DNA of 64,000 nt from contig NC_092675.1 of assembly GCF_964355755.1 (NCBI RefSeq), positions 5,575,812-5,639,811 on the forward strand, in the 5' to 3' direction. The stretch is from Antedon mediterranea. Lineage: Eukaryota; Animalia; Echinodermata. Below, piece by piece: positions 58,101-64,000 of this stretch. Position 1 is the first letter of the stretch, and every line of letters begins with the position of its first letter. Made by a program: the position numbers and the translations under genes. The notes under the pieces were generated by a model. It saw only the letters and a program-made list of their open reading frames with translations, did no database searches and was not told the DNA's origin.

Positions 58101-61100
58101 GGTTAATTTGTGAAGGCTACTTTGTATTTCTTTACAATTACTGTTTCGTGTTTTGTAATTGCCGTACGGTACTACTTTGATGTTTCATTAATTTGTGAAG
58201 GTCTAGTTATATTTTTGACAATGACGATGCTTACTTTCGTATTGCTTTTAAATGCCAGACAGGTTTGTGTATGCAAGATAGACAGAATGTTTCCACCCAA
58301 TCTTGAAATCAAACGACATAACATGGTTTTTCCTGTTGTTTTCACCATTCGTCGTAAACTATTGTCTGCCCGTTTGATTTCGTTTTCTAATGTCAGAAAT
58401 TAAGCTTGCTGAACGGTAGTGGTCACGAATATTGAAATTATTTATTCTTATGGGAATTTTTTATTTTAATTATTATTTCTCCTGAATTTCTAATGCTGTG
58501 AGGTACTATCTTGAGGTTTGTGGCATTTAACACAAGGGAGTGTATTAATCTTATTACTAGAATGTTAGTGTGTAATTACTATGCTCTGTCTGATTCTACA
58601 CTATAAACACTGTATCGATAGAAGACTGTATACACACACAGCTACTCCATTTACATAATTTATACTCAAATCATAACCAAGAACAGTATAATATTGCATA
58701 TCTACAATCGTAAATTGAAATTTATATTTTTTTACTTTGTTATTTTTAAAACCTACATTTCTGACCATGAGAAACATACTATATAACTATATAATTATTT
58801 ATATTATAATGTTATCAAGTTTAAAGTAAATCTTATTATAGAGCTGTTGTTAGACAGTTTGAATACATGTCCAATATTCTGGAGTTGGGATGGGGAAATT
58901 CCCTTCAGTGCACGTTTTAATCCCAAAAAAGAGATGAATCCTAGAAAACCCAAAACCAAAGTAAATCTTGTTAAATACACCAGTGGTGCCATTGATTTTC
59001 AGCTAGTTTTTTAAAAACACAATTAAAATTGTAAACATTTATGACATACTGTATTTTATTTGACAATATCAATTATTGATAATAAAGCATAAATAATGTA
59101 TACCTTATAACATATACAAATAATTATTTTAAAATATTTAAGAATTTTAGGTTGTTTTACCATGAACCAATAGATGTCACAAACTGCCTACTCACTGTCT
59201 GATCTCTCCATCACTCTTACATTTCTTATTTTAGCATTTAGGTAAATCCTTCAGGATCTTACATGACAAATGTGCCTTTCCCTCCAAACATGTTAAAATT
59301 AGCATGTAATATATTACATTTTCAATCAAATTGTATAAATTATTTATTGCTTATATTAATTTGTGAGGCAGAAAAATAATATTAATTTATTCACACTTGG
59401 TTTCGCTTTTGATTACTACTTAATAATGTCTAACACTCTATATACTAGGTCTTGTAATAAGCATATTAGCATAATTTAGCAAAGATTTTGTGGAATGAAT
59501 CATCATATTCTAACTGACTCAATCTGTTGACAAATTTCACATTTTCACAGATTCTGCAAGAAACGCAATAACGGCCATAACCTCATGTTGATTGTTGCGC
59601 ACTATGTGATTCATCAACGACTAAAAGCTATTAATAGATCAGGCTCGTAGTTGCTCGTACAGTACAACGCATTAGAACGGTTTGCCCTGGTTAATATTGA
59701 TAAATCAATTGAATTATCATATCATTCCACAAGTCTTTTTAAATTGTATTGTATAAATACTAAAGAAAAATACAGATTTCAATTTCATGTCAAACTAAGC
59801 AAAGAATGTACAGTATTCAACAAAATGAATTTATGCATCAGTATACACATACATTTATTCTTAGTAGATCACCTCTTTTCATCATTTTTTTAATTTATTG
59901 TATACTTCTTATTAGAAGTGAGTGAGAATTAAAATGATACATAATTTTCTCAAGAAGTTTACAAATTATAAAAGTGCAAGCAAAAGGTACTGCAAAACCC
60001 ACATCCATAAAACTTCTGATAGTGTTATTTTAAGCTGTTTGATTTATCCCTAATGCTTTGCAATTAATTAATTAAGTTTCTCTGATTTAACTGATATTTA
60101 TCGATGTACTGTAATGCTGAACAACTAGGATTTCTTCTAAAGAGTTTGGCGTTCGTTTTAATGTTTTTCATCTTCACGGAACATGCATGAAGCAAATGAT
60201 CCTGATAAGAACGTTCTTTCAGTTTTCTAATTCTTCAAAATGTTTAGGATTTCATGATTATTTAATGAATGCAGAAGAAATATGTACAATTTTGAAAAAA
60301 AATCCACTCTGTGCATAAAAAGTTTATTTAATCTGGAGTGTTGACTTTTATTTATCACAACCAATGTCTGAATTCATTGACCCTATCATCTTATTAAAAA
60401 TTAAGGGTTCTTCATTTACTAATGATACTTCAATTAAATAAATACATTACTTGAGATATGTATAATTCAATCTTTCTGATTTGATTTTCTGAAGATACTT
60501 TAGATTGGTCCCAAGTGGGTACCAATACATTTCCCTCAATAAATCTGTCTGCTAACTTCAGGCTGGTTATAGACCCTGTCTTCAACTTCATACTGGGGAT
60601 CTACTTGATTTAAAAAATGTATAATCCTTTCATAAATTTGTTACCAATAAATACTGTTTGAATGCCGAATTACATTTGTTCCCCATGGCAGTGGTGAGTA
60701 GGTTCACCAATACTGATCATTACATATACCAAATAGATACAAAGGGTTGAACCCATACATTTTCTTCAAGGCTTTTGTCTTAACCACAGTGCCATTTTAG
60801 TTCATGAACTGTAGAGTAATGACCTCTTTTAATTATGATAAGCTTGATTAGCAATGGTCAGTATTGATGAACTAAGGACAATTACTACCTTAAGCGATAA
60901 AGCTATCGGCCCTTTACAGTGTTTACCATACATATGGTATCGATTTAATATTTTTATGATCTTGCTTATTCTTGATTACATTTTCATAATTAATATTTCA
61001 AAAAATAACTATATACAGTGGTGTCATTGCCTTGAGATATTTATCCCAGAGAGAAACATTAATAAAATAATAATGATAATCAGTCTACTATCAGTCAACT

Positions 61101-61714
61101 TCCTCTTCAATCACCAGGCCTGTTTCTGCTGAGCCTGATAATAAACTAATTAATTAACCTGTGAATAAATTAGTGTAGAAACAAACTCCAGAAACTGGAC
61201 AAATTTGAAATAAATGTCGTATTCAAAATATTGGTTAAAAAAGCACAAATGGATTGTTGGAATGCCATTTAACTGTAAATGTGCTAGTTTTATATATACA
61301 ACACATAATAGTTATTATTGACAGCAGAGGTAAAAGTTATTTGTTTGCATAGCTCTATTTTCACTAATCACACACTAATGTACGAAGTTATTTAAGGAGC
61401 AACAATGCAGTTATATCTGTCTGTCTATTTATATAAAAAATATAGTTTGACTATAAATAAACTGGTTATTTGAAGTTTATTTTGGCCTTTTTGAATTGGT
61501 TATTATTAAAACCTTATCTGGTTTTCAACAGATTACTGATTTAATCTCTTTTGAGCTGCTTGAAAGCATAATCTGTATCATATATAAGATTAAAATCTAG
61601 CAAAATCTAGCAAAATAGTAGTACAGTAGTCTGAAAATATGGTTGTTGGTTATATTTTACTATAGTTGGTTCGGGTATTAATATTGTTTCTGGTATTGGT
61701 TGATTGGTATAGTA

Positions 61715-62441
61715 GGGTATTGTTAAACACCGCAAACCCCGCAAACCTCCAAAAAAACATAGCAAACCCCACCGAACCAACATAAAAGTGATTGAATCAT
61801 GTAGTGTACAACCCACTGGGTATATCAATGTAAAAAAAAAATTAAATTTCTACTGTTAACAACTTATTTTTGGGGTAAAACATCATTTTTGGGTCAAAAA
61901 TGATTGCTAAACCCCGCAAACCTCCAAAAAACCATAGCAAACCCCACCGAACCAACATAAAAGTGATTGAATAATGTAGTGTATATACTGGGTATATAAA
62001 TTATTAAATTTCTACTGTTAACTACTTTTTTGGGGATAAAACATCATTTTTTGGTTAAGAATTGAAAACAATTTTGACCAAAAAATGATGTTTTACCCCA
62101 ACAATAAGTAGTTAACAGTAGAAATTTAATTTTGTTTTACATGGATATACCCAGTGGGTTGTACACTACATGATTCAATCACTTTTATGTTGGTTCGGTG
62201 GGGTTTGTTATATATTTTTGGAGGTTTGCGGGGTTTAGCAATCATTTTTGACCAAAAAATGATGTTTTACCCCAAAAATAAGTAGTTAACAGTAGAAATA
62301 TAATATTTTTTTTTACATGGATATACCCAGTGGGTTGTACACTACATGATTCAATCACTTTTATGTTAGTTCGATGGGGTTTGCTATGTTTTTTTGGAGG
62401 TTTGCGGGGGTTTGCTGGGTTTGCGGTGTTTAGCAATACCC
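61715..62441. mobile_element. Foldback-type non-autonomous DNA transposon (Mutator- or Merlin-like)
   Basis: Almost wholly palindromic; termini GGGTATTG/CAATACCC; perfect 8-bp TSD GTATAGTA; each arm is two ~170-bp units. Confidence 0.88.
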
Positions 62442-64000
62442 GTATAGTATTCCTTCTAGCCAACAATTTAAAGAAACCATGTGTCTATATTACTATGCAT
62501 TAAATCACAACCAATTGATCTAATGTACGTTTTCAATTTAACAACATTATGGCAACAATTTACAACGTTTCCCTTACAAGATGCTACTGTATGTACAGAT
62601 AACATTGCGCCTAATTTAATTTCACAGCGACTGATCAGCTGATTTGAGCGGTTGTACTTTAAAGCTTTCAATGCCAATTATAACAACCATGATAATCAAT
62701 TTAATTAGTCACATTGATGAGTAAATATAATTAGTTGATTGTTATAGTGTATTGGAACAGTTTACATGTGAGTAGATAAACAAATAATCATGGAGAAATC
62801 TCCATGGTAAAATATTAACATTGAATTTCTCCTATTAGTATTAATAAACCTATAAAATTTGAAATTATATATCATGTTTGTGGTGTACTAACTAACCTAT
62901 AGTAATTTGGTTTACTTTTAACCAGGGAATAGTGAACTTTTCCCTGCTTTTAACGCTTAAAAGCATCGCTTCAATTGTGTCGATAATAATAATAATAACA
63001 CTTTTTTTACAAATTTTAGTAGAATTTGTTTATTTTTGTAAATTTACTGAAACATTTTCAGGTTCAAGGCTATATAGGTTAAATTATGCTTGTTGTTAGA
63101 ATAGAATTCTGGTTGTTGTTAAAACCAATTATTTTCTTGATAAATGTTTGAATCGTTGGCGTCAATCTCAACAAGGAGGTTAAGTTTTCGCTACTTCTAT
63201 TTATCCATCGGCAAGGATGATAATTTACCGCCATGATAAAAATAATAATTTGCTTTGTCCGATTTCACAAGGATAGTTTACCTGTGGTTTTTTAGGCCTC
63301 AAACCTGTTTATCTATTTTTTTTTTGTTACAAGTAACTACTGTATTTTGTATTAGTGTGATTTTTATCTAATAGGCTCTTAGCAATGTCATTGATTCAAA
63401 TTGTGTTGATTTATTAAAACAGATCAAGATGGCTTTCAATTATAAATACAAATAAAACTGTTAGTTACTACTATCTCCATGATATCATTCTTTCTGAAAA
63501 TGTGAATTTAGTACTTTATGATAGTGTCATTCTTCTTGTGGATTTCCTTATTTTTCATTTAAAAGAAGATTTAAAATATAACCCCAGAAGCTTGGAAAAC
63601 TTCTAAATGTGCTTTGTCACTGACATTAACAACTTACACACAATCTTTGAATCGGAAGTAGCTATTGTATGGCATGCTTTAGAAACCAAATACTGCTTGA
63701 AAATGTGAACCAATCTTTAACGTGCTGGGTGGGGTAGCACTAGTTATAACGTGCCCAAATGTATGTAAAAATATTTGTTGAACCGGATGAAACTACTGTA
63801 CTTGAGAAACTGATAGACTGTCAACTGGCATACCTTAACAACTGGCATACCTTAAACTAATTGTTCTGTAATCAAACAATATATGCCCTAGATTTATTTA
63901 CCTAATATAAGGGCATTCTCCCCTAACCAGTAGACCTATTTATTATTATCCAATCACCTGTAAAGGATTGTAAGGCGATTTCCTCTTTTATAAAATATTA

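Noticed and set aside
58842-58960. Possible exon 2 of the neuregulin-like gene (tatag acceptor, open in a phase-1-compatible frame, AAA|gtaaat)
   Set aside because: Weak polypyrimidine tract and no Ig or EGF similarity; it needs RNA-seq support.

Overview
AT-rich, repeat-dense animal genomic DNA with spliceosomal GT-AG introns. It is probably a marine invertebrate deuterostome such as an echinoderm; this is inferred from composition and repeat types, not proven. Two protein-coding genes are supported, both on the + strand. (1) A complete gene with 20 coding exons (ATG 7962 to TAG 38519; 4899 nt, 1632 aa; all intron phases consistent) encodes an NWD2/NWD1/qui-1-family STAND protein with a DUF4062-like N-terminus, NACHT P-loop, WD40 array and a polybasic tail ending in a CaaX box (CKIL). 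(2) The first coding exon (54803-55199) of a neuregulin-2/vein-like secreted EGF-family ligand. The rest comprises tRNA-derived SINEs (Deu-type and CORE-type), CR1/L2/RTE LINE 3' fragments, many Harbinger-type MITEs, hAT-like and foldback elements, and several micro/minisatellites. The most unusual element is a ~710-bp DINE-1/HINE-like non-autonomous Helentron in intron 4 carrying two tandem, degenerate tRNA-Val(AAC) genes. All family assignments are from visual motif recognition; no searches were run.
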